From Geosiphon pyriformis uo1 (taxonomy: Eukaryota > Fungi > Glomeromycota): 64,000 bases of DNA. Below, piece after piece: positions 40,506 through 53,713 of the stretch (positions are counted from its first letter, which is position 1; the number at the start of each line of letters is the position of its first letter). Position numbers and translations under genes: made by a program. The stretch lies in NCBI GenBank assembly GCA_016748015.1, contig JAAOMT010000778.1, positions 129,176-193,175 of the forward strand. Reading direction: 5' to 3'. The notes beneath the pieces were generated by a model that saw nothing but the letters and a program-made list of their open reading frames with translations, ran no database searches and was not told where the DNA came from.

Positions 40506-41162
40506 ATGAACAATTATTTTCTGGATCAAAACATTCAAAATGCCTTCTATACTCTCCATAAGTATTGGATTAAAAACTATTTAAATATTACTTTGACCAT
40601 TGGAAAACAGACCACAATAACTGATAGCAGTGGAACACATACTGTTATTAGACCAAAGAAAACAACTACCAAAAGAGAAAGAATTGGTAGCAAAATGAAT
40701 AAATATCTGTTAGAAAATATAACAGCAGCAATACTTGTACCCTCTATCATACTTGGAAAAACAATTAAAGAAATTTTACTCATAGACAAAAACTTGTTAT
40801 ATAGAAGACAATTAGAGCTCTATGGTCGCCTTGGTGAAATCATAGATGACATGAAGCTCATAAAGAAAACAACTTTAGAAATACAGACAGAAATTTTGGG
40901 CATTATATAATTAGATATTCCAAGAGTTTTAACCATTACTAAAAGAACCAAAACTCTAATACAAAGATTTGGTTTCTTGAATACAAAACTCATTTCACCT
41001 CAAGTATTATATACTCTATCTACAAAAGACTTCAATAAATTAGTTAGCTTTGAATTAGATAAAACTTTTCAAATAGACTACACTATAAATAGCTTGATTT
41101 TGCCAGAGCTCAATCTCTTTGGAGAGAATAATGTTATGATTGAGACTTATACTTTTTATTAA
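40506..41162 (+). pseudogene. Family B ORF3 (219 codons, unknown function), overlapping PPT and the first 31 nt of the 3' LTR
   Basis: ORFs 40506-40910 and 40977-41162 are one frame with a single CAA>TAA-type stop. Identical 657-nt length in three copies. Confidence 0.8.
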
Positions 41163-43352
41163 TTATCACATGTATTAGCCACTGATGTTATATGATTAGT
41201 CACACTATTTTTAGAAAGTGATCATTGACCTGATCAATGACCTGACCATTGACCTGACCATTGACTTGATCATTGATCTGATCATTGACCACTTTTGATA
41301 ACTATATAAGTGATGAATTTCTTAGCTATAGAAAAGCATGTAATAACAAGCATCTGAATAATCAAGAATAAATAAAATAACAATTTTCATCTTAATTCTT
41401 TTCTTATTGCTAATTTTTCTTTCCCTACCTTCAAGTATCTGAACATCTTAAAGATAAAAGATTACTTGTTGGCCTTTTCCTGATGTATATAATTGTAGCA
41501 TTTGAAGATTATTTGAATAAACATGACTGAAAAGCACAAGTTAATATCTGATATTGAATTCTAAGAACGCTGACATGAGACATAGAATTATACCAGTGGT
41601 GATCAATTGTTGACAGTATGGACTATCCCTCTACCTTTATATTCTCCAGTTACCTTTGAAAAAAATAGCAACTGAGATATTTTATGAAACTGATCTCACA
41701 CATTGAATCCATACTTATTCAATTTACTCTTTAAAGTTGAATTCTCCTTTGATTATTTCCATCACCCTACAATCTTGTTCTTTTTTACTATCCATTAGCT
41801 TGTTACTCCAATCTGTAATAACATAATTATTATTTGGCTTATTAACTGCTAGTGACTATTTTTTATAGTAAAAAATTCTAAATTAATCAAAATATTTCAA
41901 TATTTAAATCTTACTTCTTAATCTGTTTGTGCTAATATAATTAAAAATAAAGTCATAAAACTCTATATCTTGGATAAATAAAAATTAAGAATAAATACTA
42001 TTTTTATTATAAAATATATCTTTTTTTATTCATACTTATAATATGATAAATATATTTAGGTATTATCAAGTCTAAATTTTTTTTACATTAAATTTTTGAA
42101 CATCTTTCAATAATAAAACTTTTGTTTTTATTATTACTTATTATATTAATAACAATTTGGATCTTTAATAAACAATAATTGATTTTGAATTAATAAGTAA
42201 ACAGCATAATAAAATAAATATTGTAAACAGATTTTTTAAAATATTAAAAGATTATAAAATTACATTAAAAATACATATATATATTCTTACATAAATTTGA
42301 GTTAGTTAATAGTCAATGATAAAATCAATATATCATATAGCATATTAATATTATCTAAAATTCAAAGTTATTATAATGCTCATATTATTAAAAATCATAT
42401 TTTTTCAATATTAGTTTAAGTTGATTTTTATTATTGCTTCAAAGCTGAATTTTTGGCATTAGCATTATTTAAGGCTCAATATTATTATAGTGCTTATATT
42501 ATTAAAAACTATATTTTTTTAATATTAGCTTAAGTGGTTTTTATTATTGTCTTAAGCCAAATTTTCAGCCAAAAAAGTTATAAAAGAGTTATATACACTT
42601 TTTTTTTATACAAGTTTATCATTAATTTTATTAGTTATAATCTAATTTTTTTTAACAGCTTTTTGTTATTATCTTTGATAATACTGTAAATAATAGTACT
42701 TTTATAAAAAAGTTAATAAGAAAATTAAAAGAAAAAAATATTCAATAGAACTTAAAAGATCTTTGATTTTAATGCTTTAATTATATTCTAAACTTGGTAA
42801 TACAAACAGCTTTAGATAAAATAAAAGATAATGTTTCTAAGATATTTATTAAAAATCCAAACCAAATATATTTATCTAAAATTTTTTTAATGTAAATTTT
42901 GAATAAATTAAAGATTAGAAAACTTAACTCTGCAATTTGTATTTTATTTTAATATTTTAAGCTTTTTGAACATATCTATAATATATGTCAAATTAAATAC
43001 TATAAATCCATTTTGAATTGTTTCATCCAGTAAAATTTTATTTATAATATAATTAAGAATAGATTATTTTTTAAATTGACAAGTTGTTTATTTCTGATTT
43101 CATATATTTTAAATACAAAAATTCTAACTGTAAATTTATAAACATTAAACATTTTTATTAATACTTATATTGATTTTTATCAATATGTTATTTTATATAA
43201 TTAGTGGGCTGTCTTTAATAAAATTGATAAATTTCTTGAATTATTTAAAAATATTATGGTTAAAATATTAGCCAGTTCAAATAATACTGTTTTTTTGATT
43301 ATTTCTCTCTTTAATATTATTTTTAATTATATTGAAGACATAGTTAATAATA

Positions 43353-45720
43353 ATGAATTTAGTAAAACATTATAATCTTAATTGTATTTATTTAATTATT
43401 TATTTAACATATTTAATATTAGATTTATTACTTATTATAATAGCTAAAGCACTAAAAAAAAAGTTGATTGAATATTACTCTAAAACAAATACAACTATAA
43501 TACTCTGTATTGTATTAAATCTAAAGAAAAAATTTTATTATTTTACAAAAAAAATTTTCAAATAACAATATTAATAAAACAAAAAAACTATAAGTTATTA
43601 ATTTATTTAAACAGTTTTATTTTTCAACTTTCACACAATAAATAAATCTTTAGAATATGTACTTTCTTTTAAACAAAGTATATAGAGGGGTATAAAAAGT
43701 ATTGAACATTTAATATAATATATAAAAAAAGCTATATATTGTAATACTATTACCAATTTAAGCCATAATTTTTTTTATAATTACTTATAGTTATAATTTA
43801 CAAATCAACATAAATTGCATCCTTGTAAAACACAATAGTGGATTATATATGTATATATAAAATATCAAATATTTTTGTCATGAAAAAATTTACCACATTA
43901 AATGTGTCTTGGAAAAGAATTTTTTGAATACCAAAAAGGAAAGATTATTTCAGCAAAAATGTTAGAACATACAAACAGTAAGATTTTCATGACTATTGAA
44001 TGTTCATATTCTTCTATAATACATGTATAGAAGTTATACAAGCTAAAAAAACTTCCTAAAAAATGAATAGACCAACCACAAATTCTTGACAAATGCACAT
44101 GTAAACAACTTAAATATTCAATAATAAAGAATAAAAAAACCTGCTGCCAAACTCTTTCTCAAATATGATTAAATTTTATTAAAGATACCAACAAATCTAT
44201 TTCTATATAAACTATTCGAAATAAATTAGCTCAAGAAAGACTTCACTCATGCATTCCTTATCTTAAGCCATTAATTTTCAAATTAAATAAAGAAAAACAT
44301 TTACAATAGGTTTGTACTTATAAAAATTGGACAGTAAAAGATTTTAACTGAGTTATTTGATTAGATAAATCTATATATACACAATTTAGAAGTACAGGAT
44401 TTGGACATGTATAGTGTAAATCTTCCCAAGAGTTTCATAAGAATTGTATTACAGCCACAGTTAGAAAAAGCTTTGGTTGCATGTTTTGGGAATGTTTTTT
44501 ATGGGTTGGTTTGGGTCCTTTGGTTTCTTTGGTTGGTCATATTACTTGAGTTATACATCATAAAACCTTGGCTAATTATGCAATTCCTACAGTAAAACTT
44601 TATGTAAAAAAAACCAAAAAAAAGTTTTTTTTTTAGGAAGACAATGCACCAATTCATACATTAAAAGTCGTGCATTCTTTTTTTACCTCTTCAAATGTTG
44701 AATTACTTTCTTGGCCACCACAAAGTTCTGATATTACTCCAATAGAAATTTTTTGGTTATATATTGAAGTTAAAATTCATTAATATAATTCACAATTCTC
44801 AAATATTATACAATTAGAACAGTGGATTAAGGAAAAATAGGATGCAATATCTGTAAATTATTATTGTAATTTGATCAAGGCTAACCATGTTGAGTTCAAG
44901 CTATTCTTGAAGCAAATAGGGGTCAAACAAACTACTAACATGTATTTTAATATAATAATAAAAAATTAATAATTCATAAGTTAGTTCTTTTATATAACAT
45001 ATTATAAAAGTGTCCAATATTTTTTATACTCCTCTGTATATTAAACATTATATTAACATCAAATAACAATTTTTTGTTAAATAACAATTTTAATAATACT
45101 ATAGCATTAGTCATACAATTTATATTAAAGACAAACTTTAATAATAATAAAGAAAAAAAACTTGATGAAATTAATTGTTAAATCTCTAAAAAAGTGGCTA
45201 ATAAGGAAATAAATATAATGGCATGATAGAAAATATATTACAAAAAATATTTATTTAAATTAATATTTTATTAATAATTCGATATTTAGATATATTAAAC
45301 ACAATTTTTTTATTTTACATATATAACTTGTAATTATTTGGCAATTCAAAGATTATCTGTTGCTTTTAAACATGTTTTTTCTGCAAATAGAAATATCATT
45401 ACAAATATGAAGTCTTGTTTAGTGTTTAAAACTATAAGAGCAGCACAGTATTTTCAATTATAGATACAGAAACCATTAAAAAAAAATTAAATAATAATAT
45501 AATATAATATAATGTTTTTAATAATCAAATCTGAATATATTCATAAACTTCAAACTGAACTTGAATCAGACTTGTTGCATGTGTTTTGATTTGGTTTAAG
45601 TTTGGTAATTTTAAGTTTGGTTTAAGTTTGAGTTCAAAATTTTGCCAAATTTTCTGTTCAAGTTCAATTTAATTTGGTAATTTAATTGAACTTGAACCAA
45701 ATTAAACTGAACATTAAAAC
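43353..45720 (+). mobile_element. Highly degraded hAT-superfamily DNA transposon relic (left end undefined), interrupted by Tc1
   Basis: KKLIEYYSKT...IVLNLKKKF resembles the hAT K..Y....ILDPR.K motif. 45338-45465 translates LAIQRLSVAFKHVFSANRNIIT..KSCL..KTIRA, like the hAT dimerisation domain. Subterminal aaactgaac/gttcaagttc repeats at 45545-45720. Confidence 0.6.
43683..45036 (+). mobile_element. Tc1/mariner (DD34E) DNA transposon, inactivated
   Basis: ~28-bp TIRs (C/T)AGAGG(A/G)GTATAAAAA(A/G)TATTG(G/A)ACA flanked by TA. Transposase remnants VI*LDKS (WSDES-like), EDNAPIH and WPPQSSDITPIE, with exactly 34 residues between D and E. Confidence 0.9.
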
Positions 45721-45789
45721 TTTACTTTTGTTACAATTCAATTAATTGTAATTGAATTAACACAATTTAACTAAACTTAGATATTGCAG

Positions 45790-45980
45790 CAATAATTATT
45801 TCTTTTAGTGTATTTATAAAAATTTTTTTAATTACTACAGTCTGATTTAAATAAAATTTTGTCTTTTAAAATTATTGTTTACTTTAATGTCTTTTTTTCT
45901 GGCCAATAATGTGGTTTTTTTCATGTTTTTTTTAGATATAAATGTAGATTTAATTATTTTTTCAAATTTTAAAAAAGTAG
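45790..45980 (-). mobile_element. LINE ORF1 relic, part distal to the B2 insertion
   Basis: Minus strand reads ..KFEKIIKSTFISKKNMKKTTLLA..QTVVIKKI, homologous to SKLLGIIRATFTSELGLMKAT..WAVVLKKI. Confidence 0.65.
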
Positions 45981-46652
45981 TGTTACAGATTAGAGTAACA
46001 AGCTAACAAATAGCAAGAGAGAACAGAATTGTAGGGTGATAAAAGGAATCAAAGGGAATTCAACTTCAAAGAGTGAATTGAATAAGTATGGATTCAATGT
46101 GTAAGATCAGTCTCATAAAATATCTCAATTACTATACTTTTCAAGGATAACCGGGAAATCTGAAAGTAGAGAGATAGTCCATACTGTCAACAAATGATCA
46201 CACCTAGTACAATTCTATGCCTCATGTCAGTGCTCTTAGAATTCAATATCAGGTATTAGATGTACTCTTCAGTTACGTTTTATTCAATAATTTTCAAATG
46301 CTGCAATTACACATTTCAGAAAAAGTGTAGAAAATAACCAACAAGTAATCTTTTATCTTTAAAATATTCAGATACTTAAAAATAGGGAAAGGGAAATTAG
46401 CAATAAGAGAAAGATTGAAATAAAAGTTGTTATTTTATTTATTTAATTTCCTTGATTTCTTCATGTTTTTCTACAGCTAAAAGATTCATTGCTTATATAG
46501 CTGTCAAAAGTGGTTAATGATCAGGTCATTGATCAGGTCAATAATCAGGTCAATAATCAGGTCAATGATCAGGTCATTGATCAGGTCAATGATTACTTAC
46601 TAAAAATAGAGTGGCTAATTTATGTGATATCAGTGGCTAATACATGTAATAA

Positions 46653-47309
46653 TTAATAAGAAATATAAGTTTCAATCATAACATCATTTTCTCCAAAGAA
46701 ATTGAGCTCTGGCAAAATCAAGCTATTTATAGTATAATTTATTGAAAGGGTTTTATCTAACTCAAAGTTAACTAGTTTGTTGAAATCTTTTGTGGATAAA
46801 GTGTATAGCACTTGAGGCAAAATGAGCTTTGTATTCAAAAAACCAAATTTTTGTATAAAAATTTTGGCTCTTTTTGCAATGGTCAAAACTCTTGGGACAT
46901 CTAATTATATAATGCTCAAAATTTCCACTTGTATTTCAGAAGTTGTTTTCTTCATGAGTTTCATGTCTTTTATGATTTCACTAAGGCGACCATAGAGTTC
47001 TAGTTGTCTTCCATATGACAAGTTTTTGTCTATGGGCAAGATTTCCTTAATCATTTTTTCAATTGTGATAGAAGATATAAGTATTGCTGCTGTTATGCTT
47101 TCTAGCAGATATTTATCCATTTTGCTATCAATTTTTTCTTTTCTGGTAGTAGTTTTCTTTGGTCTAATAACAATATGTGTTCCACTGTTATCAGTTATGG
47201 TGGTTTGTTTTTCAATGGTCAAAGTAGCATTTAGATAGTTTTTGATTCAATACTTATAGAGAGTATAGAAGGCATTTTGAATGTTTTGATCCAGAAAATA
47301 ATTGTTCAT
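46653..47309 (-). pseudogene. Family B ORF3 (copy 2)
   Basis: ORFs 46905-47222 and 46653-46886 are homologous to 40506-41162. Confidence 0.8.
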
Positions 47310-47349
47310 ATTGATTGAAGATACCTCTGTTTTGAGAATGGTGCATTTA

Positions 47350-50300
47350 TTTATACTTGATTTTTGCTGGTCATTTGAGTCGGTATTACCATAACAGACA
47401 ACCAATCAGGTCGTTTATGATATTTCTTGAGTTGTGTACCATGAACAGAATGATTATTAAAGATTGTTCCGAATTGATCTTGAAGAATATAAGAATCATT
47501 GTTCAAAACTTTGTTGACTATAAAAGATTCTTTTCATTGGCTAAAAAAATTATCACCATAAACATTGTTTGTCTGAATAGTATTCTAGTACCAAATCACC
47601 AACACTTAAAGAAAGTATTTTACAGATTTTCTTTTTATTAAGCTTTTCTTAGAACTGTTTTATTTTTTTAAAAGCAATTATTCATGCTTCTACTAAGAAG
47701 TCAAGAATGGTATCAAGTCTTCTTTGCAAAATGTCTTTGTAATTTCCTATTGTGATCTCTTCAAAAGATATAGTTTCAATGTTAGTTTCTATTGGTAGTG
47801 TTGTCATGCATCTATAAAGCAGATAAAAAGATTTATAACTTGTTATGTTATGATTTACAGTTTTATAAGCAAACAAAGCTGAAGACACTACTTTGTCCCA
47901 TAAGTTTGTTTCTTTACTGGTTTTGGTTAGGGTTTTACATAATGTTCTATTGAAACGTTCCACTAGGCCATTTGTTTGAAGGTGATAAGAGGAGGAAAGT
48001 TTATGATGTATTTCCATTTTCCTGCAGAGTTCTTCAACCAGTGTACTGAAAAAAGCTCTTCCTCTATCAGATAAAAGTTCTTTGGAGCAGCCATGACAGC
48101 AAATGATATCTTTATAAATGAAATTGGCTATTAAGACTGCTGTTTGGTCTGAAGTGGCTCTTGTTTTTACCCACTTTGTAAGATAGTCAGTAGCTGTGAT
48201 AATATATCTGTTGCCATTAAGAGTTATTGTTAAAGATCCAACAACATTTATACCAATTCTGTCAATGGTTGACTAACAGAGATTGGATGGATATCTTCTT
48301 TTCTATTGGATTTGTCTCTTTTTTGGCAAATGTCACAGGTTTTGATGTATTCAGCAATGTTTTTTTCTAAGGTAGGCCAATAATAGTGAGCTAAAGTTTT
48401 CTGTATTGTCTTTGTTTTTTCAAAGTGTCCAGCTAATGGATCAGTATGCATATTGTAAATTACAATTTTTCTTTCTTTAAATCTTATAACTCTCTGGGGG
48501 CAGTCAGGATTTTTTCTGTTTCTTTTGTATAATTGGTTCTGGCAGATCAAATAGAAATTTGATTGTTTGCATAAATGTTCTCTTTGTTGTCGAGTGTAGT
48601 CTGGTGGGTATTGTTCTTTACCCAAAAATTCCATTAAGACAGAATAGTTGTCCAAGTCTATTATCATGTTTGTTTGTGGGGGAGTTACTAATAATTAAGT
48701 TGGTTTGATTTGAGAGGTTGTATTGTTACTGGATGGTAAGTCTAAAGAGAGCGTCGGCATTTTGATAATTAGCTCCTTTGCAGTGTTGAATGTCATAGTT
48801 GAATTCATCCAGATGAAGTATCCAGTGAGTTATCTATTTATGTTCCAGATTCTTTTTATTGCACAGCCAAACCAAGGCTTGATGATCTGTTACTATTAAG
48901 AATTTGGCATCAAGAAGATATTGGTCCCAATAGCTAGTAGCCCAAACTACTGCCAAGCATTCTTGTTCAGTTACTGAATAGTTCTTTTTCACTGGTATAA
49001 GAGATCTACTGACATATGCTATAGCATGTTCTTTGCCATCTTTATTTTTTTGTGAGAGTACAGCACCAAGTTTATAACCAGATGCATCAGTGTAGAGAAT
49101 AAAAGGTTAGTCCAGGTCAGGTTGCTTAAGGATTGGTTTAGTAACAAGTTTTTCCTTCAGGATTTCAAAGGCTTTTTGCTGGTATGTACTCCAGTGGTAA
49201 TTGACATTTTTCCTAAGTAGCTGGTTGAGAGAAAAGGCAATTTTAAAGAAATTCTTAATGAATTTGCGATAGTAAGAAGCCAAACCAAGAAAAAAGCATA
49301 GTTCAGAAACATTCATTGGTTGTCTAATGTTTTGGACCTTTTTAATTTTAGCTAGGTCAGGAAAGATTCCATCTTTTGTAATAAGATGACCAAGGAACTA
49401 GGTGAATTGACATCCAAAAAAAGATTTGATTGAGTTGATCTTAAGGCCAGCATTTCTAAGCAGGTCAAAAATCTTTTGCAAATGTTCAAGATATTCATCC
49501 CAGGTTTTTTAGTATACCATTATATTATCCAAGTAAACTAGAACAAAGTTTTCTTTCATTGATTCAAACATCTTGTTCATTAGGCATTGAAAGGTGAGAA
49601 GGGCATTTGTGAAACCAAAAGGCATAACTGTAAATTCATAGATGTCATACTTGGTGATAAAGGCAGTTTTTTTTCTGCTTTCTGAATTCATTTTTACTTG
49701 CCAGAATCCAGCAGTTAAGTCAATAGTTGAGAAGAAAGCAGCACTATTGAATTTGTCTAACATTACATCAAAATTGAAGAGTAGGTACATATCTCTTATA
49801 GTAATGGCATTTAATTGGCAGTAGTTGACACAGAAGTGTAGGGTTCCACCTTTCTTGAATACCACTACAACTGAGAAAACCCATTCACTCTTAGTTTCTT
49901 GTATGAATCTAAGATCTTTCATCCTGTTTATCTCTTTTTTGATAAACTCATCATTATGATGGTTGAATTGATAAGGCTTCAAATATATGAGGCAAGTTTT
50001 TCTGGTTGTGATGGTGTGTTATATCACATGGGTTTGTCCAGAAGTATTACTTTCTTTTGAGATAACTGGGCTGTTTCTAGCCAATAGATTTTCAATGTCT
50101 ACTTTTTTTTTTTCTGGGGAAGGTTCTCTTTGTTCTACAACAAGTAATTGGATCTCAGGTGGTTCATTTTTAAAGGACTTCTGTACTTTTTTTATTTCTT
50201 TCCTGGATATCAAACTGATTGGTTCCCAATCTTTGTAATAGATTAGGCAGAATTTGTATTCATTATTTGGCGAATACAAAGATTTATTGCATTAGCATCT

Positions 50301-52958
50301 GACACAAAAGCCATGTCACCAATAGCTGTATTTGGCTTTCTTGCCAGGCTTTGGTCAAAGGTTCTTCTAAGAATATTATAATAGGGCCAGCAAATTAGCT
50401 TGCCATTTACCATGATTCTTTCTTTATCTGCTTTAACATTATCTAATGGTTTATCATTGCTGGTAAAAATAGTGTAGGCAAGTTTAGCAGTTTCTTCTTG
50501 TTCTTTTTGTTCATCTTCTTCATCATTTTCTTCATCATCTGACTCATCTGATTGCTCTTCTTCTTGGCTTTGTTTGAGTACTGAAGAAGTTGTCCAATGA
50601 TAACATTTAACCACAATGGGTTTCTCACCACATCTGATGGTTAGTTCACAGAATTCATAATCAAGCAAGACTTTTGCTTTCTTGAGCCATTCATTGCCAA
50701 CTATTATGGTGTATTCTTTTGCTTCAAACATTTCCATGTTAGTTTCAATACTGATGCCATTGATTTGGACAGGAACAGCTTTGGCTATGCCCAAACCTTT
50801 TTTTTTGTTACTATGTATATTGGTCATTAGTTGTGTGGATGATTCATCAATCTTTCTGCCAATTGCTTCTAAGAAGTGTTTGGCAATGACACTAACAGAT
50901 GATTCACTATCCAGAATTAGATCAATAAAGTAACCAGCCACTTGGGCTTTACAAATGAGAGGTATGACATTGTTGTTGTCAGCAAGTCCAGCTTGGCAAA
51001 AGCATTTGTTAGTCTTTGGTATCTTTTTCTTTGGTATTAATGATTTGTGAAGATCTTTTCTGAACTGTGGATGGGTCATTAGTTGGCCAAATATAATGTG
51101 TGCTGGAGTTTCCATAAGATCTTTAACAACAGAATAGGGTCCAGATTTTTGTACAATTTCTGGGGGTTCCAACTTTGGAGAATTTTTAAAAACCTTAGTC
51201 TTTGGTGGCTTATTGTTATCAGCAGATGATTTTGATGCTTTGTTTAAATCCAAAACGAAATCAACCTTGGTTTTTTTCTTCTTTCTGGTTGATTTAGAAG
51301 TGTTGATTGCTAGTTTATCCATATTATGATCATTATCAATTAGGTTAAAAGCATAAAAGGGGTTTTTTTTTGGTTGGCTTGCACTCTTACCCTTTGGAGG
51401 TGCACCTACCAGTTTAAAGACTGGTAAACAGTAGCTTTAACTAAAGGATCTTCTCCAAAGAAATTGATGTTGGCATGATTGGGTCTTTGATTAGGAACAT
51501 TATTATTGTGGAATCTGTTATTCTGGGTATCATTATTTCAGAAAGCTGGAGGAGGCAATGGGGGATTGTTACAGTCTCTGGAAAAATGTCCAGTTAGTCC
51601 ACAGCAATAGCACACAGGTGGGCCATGATTTTGTTGTCTTTGATATGGTGGTTGCTGGGATTGATTGAAACAGGGTTCAAATCTGGGTCTTTGGAATTGC
51701 TGGTTGTTTCTGACTGCTTGGGTTAATGGTTCTAATAGCCAGACAAGATTAACTGTAAGTCTATCTATTAACTGTTTATTTAAGTCTTGAGTTTGGACAG
51801 TGAAAAAGATAGCAGTCATTTGGAGAGCAGAAGCCATAATAGAAGCAGAAGCAAAGACTGAAAGTGTAGATTCTAGGTGTATTCTTTGATTGTCTTCTAT
51901 TCTCTGAGCAAGTTCAATGGCTATATCTATTGTGGGATTATTTTTCAAGGCCAGAAGAGGCCAAAGAGCATATAATAGATTAGTTCTCAGTCCTTTTGTG
52001 AAGAAATATATTTTCTGCTCTTCTGTTTAATTTCTTCCAGAGTTCACCTGTTTAATGAGTTTTCTTATTGCTTTGACATATTCTGTTATAATCTTATTAG
52101 GGCCTTGAGTTTTTTTTCTAATTCCATACACTATTTTAAGATTAAGATAGGAGTTCTAAATTTCATTTCAAACTGGGTAGTGAAAGAGGTGTTGTCTTCT
52201 CCAGTATTTGCTGATGCTCATTTAATAATTCTTTGTTGAGCATTGGCATTGGTTTTTTGTGAGAACCAAGTAACAGAAAAGCCTTAGAGGTAGCCACCAA
52301 TGATTTGGAATTTGTATTTATTATCATATTAGTTTGCTGTGACAGCTCTCTCAAAATCATCCAGCTATTCGATTGGATCTTAAACATTATCTCTGAATAA
52401 TGATAATGGGGTGTTGTTTCTTTACCTTAAAACAGTCTATATACCTTGGAGGACAATCAGAATGTTTTGTTGCAAAGGGTCTTGAGCCATTGGTTCAGGT
52501 GTAACTGTTTGTGTGAAGTGTTCTGATTCATTTGAAAAGAGATCAAAAACAGGAGCAGTTTGATAGCTTTCTTTTTCTGTTTCAAGAAAAGTTTCTGTTA
52601 ATTGATAGACAGCAATCCAAATGTGGATTTGATAATTCAGATATTCAAAATCAGGGGGCTGTTGTTCAAAGGTTGTTAAGTATAAAAGTTGATTGATGCT
52701 GTTGTTTTTTTCTTCAAAGTTGTCTTCAAAATAAGCTTAATCAAAGTAATAAGTTGTATAAACTGTGTAAGTTTCAGCTAAATGTTCATTCAGGAACCAG
52801 TTCTAAAAATCTTGGAATTGTCTACTGGATTAATCTTCAATGAGGAAGCAAATCAAGCAGGAGAACAAAGGATTGAGTTCAATAAAGTCTAGATCATTTT
52901 TGTTGTGTGCTTTAAAGTATTCTTCTGATTGTTGTGGCAGGTATGAATAATTACCCAT
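47350..52958 (-). pseudogene. Family B gag-pol (copy 2)
   Basis: CYCCGLTGHFSRDC, LILDSESSVS, VMPFGFTNA, YLD(D>N), HTDPLAGH..CDICQ, QTNGLVERFNRTL. Confidence 0.92.
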
Positions 52959-53713
52959 ACAATAGAAAACAGAGTGAATTTTGACAACTTCACAGAAAGC
53001 ATTACTTTTATGTTACAGATTGGAGTAACAAGCTAACGGATAGTAAGAGAGAACAGAATTGTAGAGTGATAAAAAGAATCAAAGAGAATTCAACTTCAAA
53101 GAGCAAATTGAATAAATATGGATTTAATGTGTGAAATCAGTTTCATAAAATATCTCAGTTGTTATACTTTTCAAGAATAACTGAAGAATCTGAAGGTAGA
53201 GAGATAGTCCATACTGTCAACAAATAATTATGTCTGGTATAATTCTATGTCTTATATTGGTGCTCTTAGAATTTAATATCAGGTATTAGATGTACTTTTC
53301 AGTCACGTTTTATTCAATAATCTTCAAATACTGTAATTACATGTTTTAAAAAAAGGGTAGGAAATAACCAACAAGTAATCTTTTATCTTTAAGATGTTCA
53401 GATACTTGAAAGTAGGGAAAAGGAAATTAGCAATAAGAGAAGGATTGAGATGAAAGTTGTTATTTTATTTATTTGATTTCCTTGATTTTTTCATGTTTTT
53501 CTATAGCTAAGAGATTCATTACTTATATAATTGTCAAAAGTGGTCAATAATCAGGTCAACAACTAAGTCAATAATCAAGTTAATAATTAGGTCAACAGTC
53601 AGATTATTGATTAGGTCAATAATTACTTACTAAAAATAGAGTGGCTAATTTATGTAACATCAGTGGCTAATATATGTGATAATTAATAAAAAATATAAGT
53701 TTCAACTATAACA

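Larger units (their letters stand above)
23989..41820 (+). mobile_element. Full-length Ty3/Gypsy family B copy 1 (~7.74 kb excluding nested E)
   Basis: LTRs 23989-24725 and 41132-41820; PBS taaaag-T(A)GTGCTTCCTGTGAG; TSD atat/acat. Order gag (24778-26329), pol (26317-27702 + 37792-~40460), ORF3. Confidence 0.93.
45981..53713 (-). mobile_element. Full-length Ty3/Gypsy family B copy 2 (7733 bp)
   Basis: LTRs 53011-53713 (5') and 45981-46683 (3'); perfect TSD gtag. Gag from 52958, pol 51418-~47350 (PR, RT, RH, IN), ORF3 47309-46653. Confidence 0.95.
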
